Source of the DNA: Laetmonice hystrix
Taxonomy: Eukaryota
Direction of reading: 5' to 3'
Length of the DNA: 64,000 nt
Assembly (NCBI GenBank): GCA_965235115.1
Contig: OZ249446.1
Location: forward strand, 12,090,001 to 12,154,000
Shown here: in pieces, positions 10,711 to 23,021 of the stretch
Numbering within the stretch: position 1 is the stretch's first letter
Layout of the letters: the number at the start of each line of letters is the position of its first letter
Notes under the pieces: generated by a model
Seen by the model: only the letters and a program-made list of their open reading frames with translations
The model's database searches: none
Told to the model about the DNA's origin: nothing
Position numbers and translations under genes: made by a program

Positions 10711-13353
10711 AACTACATTTTAATATATGAGGTTGGGTTAACCATTTCTTGTGATGCTGCATGCCTTTTTTATTCGGTCTACAGCGCTGTTTGTCGGCTT
10801 ACATCCTCCCTCCCCCCACCCACACACCCACAACCACACTTTCCTTCACACACTTTTCCCATTCCTAGAAAGCACCCATTACTTGTTTCATATTCTTCAG
10901 TGCTCCTACTTTGGGAATAAATATAACAATACCATAGGGGCCTATACTGTTGGACAGAACTTTTACTTACAACTTGGCCACGGGAATTCCACGCTTTATC
11001 TTATAGAATGGCCCACATGGTTGCGATTATAACAAAGACTAAACACTAAAAACGACCGTCGAAGGAGCCTGTGTCACGAGAGCCGGAGGCACCTGTGATG
11101 CGAGGGTGTCTGTTTCCGTGTCGAACATGCGCAAATGAAAGTCCATGAAAGGTGGTGGTGGGAGGGGCTTTTAAAATACCATCCGGATGGATCAGTTGAC
11201 CACAGGGGCTGGATAACATCAGTTGACCACTAGGGCTGGATAACACCGTATCACAAGAACTGTGTGCAAGCGTTATACTTGGATGTTCATGTAGAATACG
11301 TATTGAGAGAAGAGAGTAATATTGATCACGACACCAACTTTCAGGCAGACGTTCCGCTCAATTCCACCAGGGGTGTCAGAATACCGTCTGGTTCCTGGTC
11401 ACGGGTGAATGATCTTTCTAATTTAAGTTTCTCTAAGAATAGAGAAAGCGGAGTCCGCGATCTTAGATTATCTCACACACAATCACAGTTTCTGTGGTCG
11501 CTACAGAGGAGTGCGTATTTCAGAGACAGTTCTGCCACAACCGTGGACTTTGCTCGTCGTGGTATGAAGAGTTAGCCAGAAAGATTCCTACATCATAGAC
11601 CTGTCTATCAAAGGTATGTTTCTCTTGATATTTGTCCAGGGTTGCCACGGGTTTCTCACCAGTTTCCGAAACCGTTCAGGGAATAAGGCACGCGAATGTA
11701 TCCAATAATAATGGCTATAAATAGACCATTGAGGCTTCACTAACAGTAACTGCAGCTACCTCCTTCATAAATTGGTGTTTTGTAGAATAATTATTATAAG
11801 TCTTTTTATGAACACTGAAGCTACACTGAGTGAACCTTAAGATGAGCATTCTGAGTAACAAAAAGTGTAGATCATGGCCTATATTATATATGCGAATGTA
11901 GGCTATAGCACGTGGGCTCAAAATAGGCCTGCATCTCCTTCTCTTGAAATGGGGCCCTTAATAAGTATTATTGAAATGAAATAGGATAATTCGCTACGTG
12001 AATGAAAAACGATTACAATCGACAATACTGCAAATAATATATCAGATAATAAACTTTGTTTGAAAGAGCAGATGTTTCGATCAGTAAAAGCCGTTTGTTC
12101 AAATTGTTCTTTTTTGATTTCGAGGACAGCTTTTGTGCATTAAGCTAGCGAATTAAGGAGTCACACCTGGACAACCGTACAGCCAGATGGGCCTACATGT
12201 TCAGAACGTGCCTTTTTTTATGGTCACGGACGGTGGGGTGGGGGTGGGGTGGGGTGGGGTGGGGTGGGGGTATAGGCCTACTTGTCATATGGCTTGCAGT
12301 ATACCTGCAGGCGCGAGCAGTATATTCAGCAGGGAGTCGAGAGCCTCCCCTTAATTTTTTTTAAATTATAGGCTGCCCCAGAAAGAATAATTTGGAAGGC
12401 CTAAAACAGTATTTCTCGGCATCTGGAGATCGAATTCTGACTGAACTGTATAGCCCCGCGGTGGCCTGGCAGTCCCTATGATTTAAGGAGCATGGTTGGG
12501 CGGGGGAAGGAAAGATACTTCAGCCCCCCCCCCCCCCTCACACCCCCACACACACACACCCACCCACCCACACATACACACTTTTAATATTGGCGGCTGC
12601 AGCCTACGCCTATGGGGACCTGAGAGACAATATATAGGCTACTTCATCCCCCTTTTTCTGTTTTTTTTTCGGTCGTAAAATGGTATAATTTATGGAGCGA
12701 CATTGCCTCACTAACTCTTACTTAGGCCTACTCCACGTAGCCTAACCTGGGCCCGGTTTACACGCCAAGTCAAATTAATTTTAATTAACGTCCAGTCAAT
12801 TTTACTTGAATCTGGTCTATTAAAATCGGGGTCTGTAATAAAGTTTAGTTTGACCCACAGCATAGTGTGGCTTTCTGGCGAGGGTCGATGGCTGCAGGTA
12901 GCCTAGGCCTGGCTACGGTTCTCGTACGGTCAAGGAGGAATTTACCCCCCCCCCCACACTCCATTAGGCCTAAAAAGACAACTGGTGACCAAGAGTAGGC
13001 GAGGTGAACCCCTGGCGGAATAGGCCCATGCCCTCCTATTCGTGCTCATGCACCGGAACAATGTGTATTCATTCTTATATACAATTTTCACTACACATAG
13101 GCCTATAGGCCTACCACGACATGCGTGTTCACTCTCGCCTCGTCCTCATCCGGGCGGGCCGCGATGTTCTCATCATTATCATTGAAAAAAACGATGTATT
13201 GTAGCCATTCGTGTTTATTCTTTTTAATTTATGTTCATTCGTTTTAATAGTTCTGGCCGCAGTTTCGTATTAAAAACGCGTAGGACTCGACCGTGCGGCG
13301 CTGTATCACTGGCCACAGCTGGTGTACTGCAAATCCCTCTTTGTGATGTTTAA

Positions 13354-13884
13354 AGGGGCATGCTATGAAACACGTTTTTTAGGATTTCGGGCAATTATCC
13401 AACATGACCGTGTACTAGGGATCTAAGTAAATAATCCCACCACAGCATTTTGTCCTCAGACGTGTTTTCGCTGCGTATGCAGCACAAGTAGATTCTATAC
13501 GACCAAACCTATAGATTTCTCCCGATAGCACATCTCCCGCCATAATTTGCTATAGACAACCTCCCAATCAACCCGTGTAATTGCATACTGTGTCACATCC
13601 TGCGTGTGCACTCTCTGCGTGTGCTTAGTCATGTGCTTCGCTTAGTTGTAAACAATTCAGCAGTTGCACTCGATCGTCCGGCATCAGAATGCCACCCAAA
13701 AAATATTGTACGAAATCGGCAGAAAAGCGGGCAAGGGAGCTTCATAAACTTCGATTTCTCACACAAAATAAAACTGATAAGTCTGTCTTTGTTTACCAAG
13801 CAATATTAATGAAGGATCTCTTTATGGAAACAGCAAAAGTTCTTTGAAATACCGATTTTTCACGTTTCCTCATAATATGCCCCT
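13354..13884. mobile_element. Kolobok-type non-autonomous DNA transposon (531 bp)
   Basis: TTAA|AGGGGCATGCTATGA ... TCATAATATGCCCCT|TTAA: TTAA duplication, 5'-RR terminus, imperfect TIR. Confidence 0.75.
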
Positions 13885-14964
13885 TTAATAGACAACACCA
13901 TGTTGTTTATTTGAAATATTTTGGTTCGTTACCACACGGTAATTCAGTCCCTGCTGAGTAAAACGACGCCACGTGACTTCAGGAATCTCGGGGAGGGGAG
14001 AACAGGGAGCCCATACCAACAGGCGGCACCAAGAGTCTCACTGCAGTGTTCGTTGGATGCATGTCAGTAGCATTTACATAATTAATATCTGATTATCTGG
14101 TACCTATAACCTACCTTTTACAAGATAGGTGTATTTAGTCACATGAGCCGTTAATGGTCCAAACAACTGCCACAGAGGAGGAGTCTACATGACTATGTTT
14201 AGTCTAATAACGCTGTCTGTCGGTATAAGTTACCCATTATGTCGAAGAAACAAAATCCACAGTGCTTCTGACATATAATAGCAAATTTGTGAAGTCCGCT
14301 TATACTGGACTTTGATAAATTCTTTCTAAGTAGAATTACTGCCGCGTTATCTCTCCTCAATTGCACCGATTCATTGGCCAGCCTAAATATAGGCATACCA
14401 TGCAGCCCACCTGCATGCCTCCCTGCTGTAGGCACGTAGGTGATCCGTGTAGACTGATAATTTATTAGACTAGGAATTTATGTGAACGTAGTGTGGGCGT
14501 GATGCGTAATGCGTACTGCGTAGTGCGTAATGCGTATTCATCAAAATCAATGAAAACTGTTGGTGTGATTCCATATGTGCGTAATGCGTGTTTTCATCGT
14601 TTTAATTACGCAATACGCAATACGGACACATGGATTCCTGGCTTTACAGTGGTGAACCAGGTAGACCTAACTGTGGCTGATCACGGGACCTTTCCCAGAC
14701 AGCAGGGGGCAGTTGTCATGTGATGTCGTTTTGACTTCAACCAAGCGGCAGGTGGGTTTATCGCCTGGTGCGTCCTTTGGGAGTTTCTCATGTGACACGC
14801 TGACACATTACGGCCTTTTGTGTGGAAGTACGATCTGGGGAAATCCTTGAGTACATTACAGAACAATCTTAAAGCCGACTAGGATTTGACACCTGCTATA
14901 ACTACCGATATTGTTGTTTCAGTTGGCGAGGCCTTCCTGATGTTCAACAGATCCACACGGCAAG

Positions 14965-16131
14965 ATGGGTATCCTGGCTTTTCTGGAGATCACATCCGGG
15001 TATTTGGCGGCCTTTGCCTCCAATATCATGGCTTCAATGGGCAGCGCATGCGCACAGGCCCTGCAGGAAGCAGTTCCAGCGTTCGAACTCAACCTTTCAC
15101 GATATGTTGTACAAACTCTCCTCTCTGCCGTTCTCATGATCGTCTCACGCCATAACGCAAGGCTTGAGAGACATCAGCTCAACCCTATGCTGCTTGCGGG
15201 CGTATTCAGCAACGTGTTTAACCTCTCTTATTACACAGCTTCAGCCATTCTCCCACTAGGCACGCAACTAGTGTTCACAAGTTTATTTCAAATACTCGCC
15301 TCTACCATTCTCAACCGAGTGGTCCTAAAGAAATCAATTCAGTGGCAGAAATTCATCTTCATGGCCATTGTCATTGTTGGACTTCTCTTTGTCTTACAAC
15401 CATCCTCTTCAAGTGATGGTTCTGGTCAGATCCGTAGGACCCCAGTCAGAAACTTCATCACAGCATATCCGCCTTTTGTGACGTCATACACGGCTGAAAT
15501 GACAAACGACACTGATAACCAACAGGTGGCAGCACCGCATGCGCCGCCAGAGTCGGACAGATCAATTGGGAAACAGATCTTAGGATATGTCCTCTGTGTG
15601 GTAGCCGCGTTTTCCTCAACAGGTCGTGCCACTGTGTACCGCGTGTCCCTTCCGACCGTTCCTATGAGCGTCCTCGGTTTCTGGGTAGGAATCCTTGGCG
15701 TTATTCCGTCCGTAGCGTTCATGTTCTTCTCTGAACAACCAACGATTGCACTGGCGCCCATCCAGTTCCTTATTCTTTTCGGACACAGCTTTGGGGCAGC
15801 GTCCTACAGCACCTTCAACATCTACGCCCAGCAGAAACTCTCGCCTGTCACGTGGGCACTCATGGACAACAGTAAGATTGTGATCAATTTTGTGCTGCAA
15901 TACACAGTGTTGGCGGGCATCAACCCGGGCCATGAGAACGTTTTGGAGATCGTCGGAGCAGTAATAGCACTCATTGGTATCGGTGGATTACCTATATTTG
16001 AGATTTTATCGGGAAACAGGGATCCGGCGACAGATTTGAATCCACCGATTGAGGAGAGGGAACGGATTTTGCCACTTAGAGAACTTATGGCGCCCAAGCG
16101 AATTGTCAAAAAACAGAACTCCACTAAATGA
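14965..16131 (+). CDS. Intronless EamA-domain drug/metabolite transporter (SLC35G-like), 388 aa
   Basis: Uninterrupted 1167-bp ORF with ~10 hydrophobic helices in two halves (CAQALQEAVPAFELNLSRYVVQ; YYTASAILPLG; FVLQP; YAQQKLSPVTWALM; INPGHENVLEIVGAVIALIG), typical of SLC35G/EamA proteins. Confidence 0.9.
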   Translation: MGILAFLEITSGYLAAFASNIMASMGSACAQALQEAVPAFELNLSRYVVQTLLSAVLMIVSRHNARLERHQLNPMLLAGVFSNVFNLSYYTASAILPLGTQLVFTSLFQILASTILNRVVLKKSIQWQKFIFMAIVIVGLLFVLQPSSSSDGSGQIRRTPVRNFITAYPPFVTSYTAEMTNDTDNQQVAAPHAPPESDRSIGKQILGYVLCVVAAFSSTGRATVYRVSLPTVPMSVLGFWVGILGVIPSVAFMFFSEQPTIALAPIQFLILFGHSFGAASYSTFNIYAQQKLSPVTWALMDNSKIVINFVLQYTVLAGINPGHENVLEIVGAVIALIGIGGLPIFEILSGNRDPATDLNPPIEERERILPLRELMAPKRIVKKQNSTK

Positions 16132-16726
16132 AAGCAACTACTTTAGTGAAATGAATACCCCAGAAAAAAGGGTTATTGTTATTGTTATAACCGGGAGGCA
16201 GGGAGGGTGGACCCCCATATCAAAAGTGGGGGCGGGGGGGGGGGCTGAAGTCTCTTTCCGCCCCCCCCCCAACGGGAAAATACCGTTTTAGGCCTTCCAA
16301 ATTAGAAGGCTCGCGCCTTCGGTGCTCGCCGCCCCTCTTAGCCGCCCCCCCCAACCTCCCATGCGCATGGCATGCGCATCGAATTACGGAATACATTGTA
16401 TTCTATATGAATGTTCTTGGAATATCTTGTTGGAATCGTTACAGTTGTATGCCATTTTAATTTCGTCGTGCTTTTGCGTACGTTTGTATTATTTTAAATT
16501 TTTTATTATTTAAATTTTAGTGCATTTTAGTGCATATTAATAATTAGGTTACACAGCTGAGGGCAATGACATTACCGCTTCACAGCGAGAGGACTTTTCT
16601 TTTGAATCAAAATATTTGTTAGAATCCTGATCTTTGTTTGAATCCAGATCTTTGTTTATCCCTTTTAAAAGTGTTTTCAATTAATTATAGTTCATGTATA
16701 CATGGTGGTTGTTGGTCAGGCTACTG

Positions 16727-17397
16727 ACTGTAGCATGGTTGTTAGCCTGGCAAAGCCTAATTGTAGCTTGGTTGTTAGCCTAAGCAAAGTCCGATTGCAG
16801 CCTGGTGGTTAGCCTGAGCAAAATATGATTGTAGCCTTGTGGTTAGCCTGAGCAAAGTCTGGTTGTAGCCTTGTGGTTAGCCTGAGCAAAGTCTGGTTGT
16901 AGCCTGGTGGTTAGCCTGAGGAAAGTCTGATTGTAGCCTGGTGGTTAGCATGAGCAAAGTCTGGTTGTAGCTTTGTGGTTAGCCTGAGGAAAGTCTGGTT
17001 GTAGCCTGGTGGTTAGCCTGAGCACAGTCTGGTTGTAGCCTTGTGGTTAGCCTGAGCAAAGTCTGGTGGTAGCCTGGTGGTTAGCCTGAGCAAAGTCTGG
17101 TTGTAGCCTGGTGGTTAGCCTGAGCAAAGTCTGGTTGTAGCCTGGTGGTTAGCCTGAGCAAAGTCTGGTTGTAGCCTTGTGGTTAGCCTGAGCAAAGTCT
17201 GGTTGTAGCCTGGTGGTTAGCCTGAGCAAAGTCTGGTTGTAGCCTGGTGGTTAGCCTGAGCAAAGTCTGGTTGTAGCCTTGTGGTTAGCCTGAGCAAAGT
17301 CTGGTTGTAGCCTGGTTGTATTCCTGAGCAAAATCTGGTTATAGCCTGGGTATATTCCTGAGCAAAATCTGGTTGTAGCCTGGTTGTTATTCTGAGC
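16727..17397. repeat. 34-bp minisatellite, ~20 copies
   Basis: Unit gttagcctgagcaaagtctggttgtagcctggtg; period 34 (17101 to 17135); degenerate at both ends. Confidence 0.95.
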
Positions 17398-18758
17398 AAA
17401 GCGTGAGTGTAGAGTTAAATTATTGCAGTATATTTGCAGTATATTAACAGCTAACCAATCAAAACGTCCAAATGGAAACAGTTGGTCAGGCATCAAGTGT
17501 ATTACTGAAATAAATTGATTAACATAGAAGTCTAGTCTATATCAATCAGATTGTTAAGCGAGGCGCTATATGAAATCAATTCACAATAAAGTACAAAGGC
17601 GATTGTTTAAATCCACATTTGTGAATTATATTTCTATATACATGTATATCCCTAATAATCACGGACAGTGATGGGGACGTGGGAATAAAACGGAAGGGCT
17701 GTCCGGTAGATTCTTTAACATTAACTCTTCCGGCAGTCGGATCTACTTAGAAACGGTGTATAACGTAACAAGGTGTGGGTGTTGGTGTGGGTGTGGGTGT
17801 GGGTGTGGGTGTGGGTGTGTGTGTGGGGGATCTCAGACTTAGGAGCGGATCCGATCCAGCACTGCACATCTATGAATTCCATCGTGACGGAATTACAAAT
17901 GAACCCCGGATCAGCAGTTTTCGTCCGGAATAAATGTTGAATTATGCAAGTAAATGCTTAATGACTCTTCTTCAATATGAATTCCTGACTTAATCTATTA
18001 TTTTCTAGATACCTTCATGTATTTATTCGGTTGCTGCCTTGGCGGAAGTGAGCGGATAACTTCCGTGACGGAATTACACGCTTTGACATGATGTTTTTAG
18101 GTTTGCAGGGGTTTCTCAGTTTCCTGCTCTCCAGAGTGTTCTAGATCAATCCTAAACCACCTTTTTTATATAGCAGATAATAAAGAAGATTTAACCATCC
18201 AAATAAGACAGTTCTATGCGTTAGCTTTATATTGCCACCCATATAAAGCCGTTGGGTCCCTTGAAATTCCGTCACGTTACGGAATTGCAGTTGCTGTAAT
18301 TCCGTCACACTAATGACTGATCGCTTTAAAAACCAGAGTTATAGGCTTCTATAGGCATTATGATAGGCTTCTATAGGCATATATGATTCTATAGAATCAT
18401 AAATCTATTTATTTATTTTTAAATTTCATATCACTGTACCGAGGCCTAATGGCAGGAAACAAGCTGTAGGCATATTGAACATGTGGGAAAAGGTCAACTA
18501 ACGCAATGGCAACGTAACCGCAACGCAATAAAACGCAACGCAATAAAAAGTAGGCCAAATTATGAGCCGGAACAGGCAGAAAGTGAAGGCTGATAACGAA
18601 TTGGCCGAACAAATATAGGCTAGGCATAGTCTACCGTCATAGGCCTAGGTTATGTGAAAATCTATATGAGGTGATTTTAAGACGACAGAGTTACTTGGCC
18701 TAAAAGCTGGGAGGATGTTCCATTTAAAGAGCAGTAAAAGCTTTGCTAAGTCGAAAAA

Positions 18759-20054
18759 TCATCGTCGATAATGCCATAATCTTTTCCACGGGACTCGTAC
18801 GTGAAACCAAAGGAGGCATATCCTACACATAATCCAGTCCTCAGTTGATTTAGGATCGAATGGGTCACCAGAGACGAAGCAGCAGTGTGCAGATTTAGAG
18901 GTGTCCTGCTTTGTCTTCTTTTGCTTGTCCTGCAATGTCTTGTTTCGATATGCAGGCCTAGCTGATACTCGATCACAGCATTTGGCTGGAGGTTTACAGC
19001 AGGCACCGACAGTCTCGCTTCCTTCACGCATTGCCCTGGAACTAGATTCTGTCCAGGAAGGTCAGGTCGTTGACCGAAGTCTATAGGACCACCTACAGCG
19101 TCTTCAACATGGCATAGCGTAGAGGGACGTCTCTGTGTCTTACGTCTTCTGTATAATACTTCTGTAAACCTTTCTCCCCAGTTGTCTGAACACAGTGTGT
19201 ATTGTCCCGGGGAATGTCTGCAGTCCATTCCACAAGACAAGGTGCCCAAATCTTGACATTGCTGCTCAATGACGTCGTCATTCATAACAATGACATGAAT
19301 GTCTGTCTCACACGATCTGATCCCATCAGCAAATGTTTCAGCATTACGGCCGTCCTGATTATCTTCGCCCCGGACATGATCAAACGATGAGCCATGCGTT
19401 TCACCTTCCCGCCAAGGCCATAGTTTGGCCCTTTTCCGTGGGACGTTGCGAAAAAGCTTCACGTGAATTTGAATGATCCATATTTCTCTATACGTTATAG
19501 CTTCGACAACAAGGCAAATATATATCTTCTTAAATTGACTTGATGGACCATCTGTCCAGATGTCGGATCACCTCAACATTCGGAAGTTTTGTTCCATCTA
19601 TAGGACTATAACACTGTAGGACTATAGGCCTAGTCGCTGACTATAACACAATGATAAAGTGTATTTACGATGGTGGACCAACAGTGTATAAATGTTGAAA
19701 CCTGCCTTCGCCGCCAATGTGCACTCTGGATTTGATTTTGTCATACGCACGTAAAGTTTTCTGCAAGGTCCATTTGCAGTAGACATGTGTTGCTGCCTGG
19801 TTCCATGACGTGTTTCTGATTGGTTATAATTATATATTATGAGGAAGCCTGCTACTCTTTTTAAACAAAAGAATGTAGAAGAATCGGGGTAGCTGACTTG
19901 CTAGGTCTTGAAATGCGTCGGTTGTCGAGCCGTGCTTTGATTTTTTGTTGTTGTTGACAAAGCCGTCTTCTTCAGTCCATTGCCACCAACTGAAGACTTC
20001 CATTACCTGATCTCTGAACTGTTGGTCGAAGAGCTTTGTAGGCCTACCTTTCAT
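18759..20054 (-). pseudogene. Sola-superfamily DDD transposase relic with a C-terminal PHD-like Cys/His finger
   Basis: Minus-strand translation gives FSWWQW...GSTTDAFQDLASQLPRF (19830-20054), LLQMDLAENFTCV*QNQIQSAHW (~19700-19790), IWTDGPSSQFKK (~19525-19560), FT*SFFATSHGKGPNYGLGGKVKRMAHR (~19385-19465) and EDWIMCRICLLWFH (~18795-18840). It carries two Trp-to-TGA stops, frameshifts, and the third catalytic D changed to Y. Confidence 0.78.
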
Positions 20055-20066
20055 ATAGGCCTATAT

Positions 20067-20535
20067 CAGGCCCGTAGCCTTCCAGGTGGGTGGGGTGGGG
20101 TGGGGTCTGAACTTAGATGGGCCAAATGAGTCCATCACGAGGGCCAAGGAAATTTCAGGTTATTTTGGTGACAGTCATCTGGTGCATTTTAGAACACAAA
20201 ATAAGGTATGGCAGGGACGTTCAAGTTTCGAGTAAAAATTCGGGGGGAGGGCAAAATATACTCTACCCCCCCCCCCCTCCATTTCAAAGTAGTGGGCCAT
20301 GGCCCCCTGATCCCGACCCCTTTCCTACGCCCCCGCATTCTAAAGACGGGAAACAGTTAGGCCTATTTTATTTATTTTATTTACAATATGGAATACAGTG
20401 GCTGGGTTATGGTAACTGCTCGGTATATGGTAACCTAACTTAGGGTGAACCAAAATCTTAGGGATGGGCAACTGCCATCCCCCCTCCCCCGACTCCCCCC
20501 CCCCCCCCCACTCCCGGCTCTACAGGCTACCCTTG
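20067..20535. mobile_element. Degenerate poly-G/C MITE-like insertion nested in the Sola element
   Basis: CAGGCCCGTAGCC ... GGCTACCCTTG degenerate inverted ends with G/C tracts, located where the transposase homology stops. Confidence 0.35.
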
Positions 20536-22108
20536 CATTCTGTTTGAGTCCTTCGCTCACGTTAACGCTCCGTTGCTATTTCCCCCAGGGCCGCCCAAGA
20601 TTCTGCATATAGGTAGATCTAAACAGGGCAGGGCCCCAGAAACTGTTGGTATCGTGGGGGCCAATGTAACGGAATTACATTCACGTGTAATTCCGTCACG
20701 ACGTTAATTGTAATTCCGTCACGGCTTGCTTTTAAATATAAACCACACTAAAACAATATATCATGATTATTTTCAGAACAAGCATTAAAAAACTTCATTA
20801 AAAACGGAATTTTATGAAATATCACGAAAAAATAACAGCGCTATCTGAACGAGATTGAAAATATTGTGACGGAATTACATTGACCACTTGTCCTTGTTAT
20901 TCTTTGAAGGGCAGACCGTCGTCAGTTAAATACATAATCTAAGCAAAACTAAACGTCATTCTGTAATCTACAGGAGTTTATCTTTAAAATGATATATAAA
21001 TATGCCAGGTATCCATATATGGCTGCGATGTAGGAACGATTGACATCAGCAAAAACTGGGCCTTGAATTTGGCGCCACATTCCTTCTTGGGTAGGTCACC
21101 TTGCGCATGCGCAGTGAGTGGGGCACTTGCAAAATACAGATTGACATTGACGTAGACGTAACAGAAAAGTCGTAAGGAACAAAATGATACCATATGCAAG
21201 CACGTGCCTGGAATTCTCAAATCTGATGTCCATGTCCCGATTTGCGTGGAATTCATGACCCGGGGGCGGGGGGGGGGGGGGGGCGCGCGCGGCCGCGGCC
21301 GCGGGAGTTGATGTCTGAAGTAGAATATAAGTTTGTGGCCGCCTTGTGTCGCCACCTAGCGATGACTGGGATTTACTTCTGCCATATCCACCAGAGGGCA
21401 GGTGTGTATCTGTAGATCAAACGGTAGCCACGTACTGAGATCGTGTATGTACACTTATTAAAGCGACAGTCTCATCCTTCAGCATTGTGCGATAGGCTTC
21501 CATCCTAACGGCCGATGTATTATTTAAAGACGTCAGTTCCTATGACAGAGTGTGATAAGCAGACTCCAACAAAGACCAGCGGACGTCGGTGCCAAGCTGT
21601 AGTTGACGCTCGGGAGGGGGGGGGGGCTCAAAATATAGGCCTATGCACATGGTCAGGTATGAAGAGGTGAGCGGTGGGTATATATGACAGTATCAGATCT
21701 TGCATGCTGGCATGGGTTGTTTATCTCAACCATCCTACGTTCTCAACTTTCCCCCGAAAAAGGCCTAGAATAGGAATCATCTGCACACTGTAGGCCTATA
21801 GGCTAGTAGGCCTATGGTGTATGACTGCCAAAGACCTAGCTCTTCTAGCCCCTTCTTGCTACCCAGAGCTTTCATGTGGCAATTTGAACTCGCAGGAAGT
21901 AGGCTTCTAGCCTTCTAGTGTCACATTGTAGAATAAGCGAGTCACACAGGGGCACGGAGTTCGCGGATAGTAATCGCCTGAAGAGATTTACTGCATGTAA
22001 TGTTAAGCCTCTTCCTTCAACAGGCTGCTTGGCACTACATAACTGATACTTCAGTAATCGAACAGATTCCGGAGGAATTTCAGACCGATCAAAGGTATAG
22101 GTGCTTAA

Positions 22109-22689
22109 AGGAAAATGTGAGTGTTCGACGGAATTTGATTGACCACTAGAATTTTTAAAATATTTTTTATGAGGGATAGCCTTTGTCCTTAGGAGTACAA
22201 AGAAACAAAAAAAATCATATGTCACCGAATTAGATTTTTTTATACAGGCCTCCGTAAAAAATGGGTCTTTACTATAGGTTTCAATGGGAAAAACAGGATT
22301 TTTCAGACATTTTGACTAATAGTTAAAAAATGACCACCAAATTTTTCATAAAACTTGGTGACAAGATAAAGTAGATCAGGAATAATAGTTTAAAACAAAA
22401 AAAATTGGGGGTCACCGAATTAAAAAAAGTTACAGCCTGCCAAACAGTCAGTGCCTTGGTAAAACACGGGTCTTAACTATAGCATTCAATGGAGTAGACA
22501 GGTTCTGGCACAGAGTTTGGTTCATGGTTTAAAAAAATACTACTGATTTCCACATCAAACTAGTTGACTGCATAAATAAGCCAATCATTTTTCTGTTAAA
22601 GCTCACTACGTGGCGCTTTGAATACTCACATTTCCCCAGTGGTACCAACGCGACTCACTAGGTGGCGCTTTGAACACTCACATTTCCCT
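22109..22689. mobile_element. Kolobok-type non-autonomous DNA transposon (581 bp) with a duplicated right end
   Basis: TTAA|AGGAAAATGTGAGTGTTC ... GAACACTCACATTTCCCT|TTAA (17/18 TIR match); internal copy of the right terminus at 22601-22637. Confidence 0.82.
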
Positions 22690-23021
22690 TTAAAGATAAG
22701 ATGGCATTTCGAAACGACCGATGAAGGGTGACAGGTGGCGCGACCTGGTGTAATATAGGCCTATGAACTACGTGTTTTATCACTCAGAGGTCGATTGAGG
22801 CATGATTGATGTAGTTTCACATCAACATCTGAGGCATGGCGACGACATGCGGTAGTTTACTTATTCTATGCCCTGGTAACCATCGAATAAACTGAGAAAT
22901 CCAATGTCCAGACATCCCCTAGAACAAAAAATAAGTTAATCATATTGTTATATAGTCCATGGGAACAAGTCGACTCTCTCAGCTGAGCCTGTCCCTGAGG
23001 CCCATATTTAGGGCCTCCGAC

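Larger units (their letters stand above)
17884..20878. mobile_element. Approximate extent of the decayed Sola element, defined by subterminal GTGACGGAATTAC motif arrays
   Basis: 13-bp motif at 17884(+), 18065(+), 18265(-), 18276(+), 18296(-) and at 20666(+), 20687(-), 20710(-), 20866(+), bracketing the transposase relic; exact termini and TSD not found. Confidence 0.55.

Noticed and set aside
15426-16124. Minus-strand ORFs of 100-111 aa
   Set aside because: Antisense shadows of the SLC35G-like CDS
18746-19462. 238-aa minus-strand ORF as a gene
   Set aside because: Off-frame read-through of the Sola relic; the conserved motifs lie in other frames
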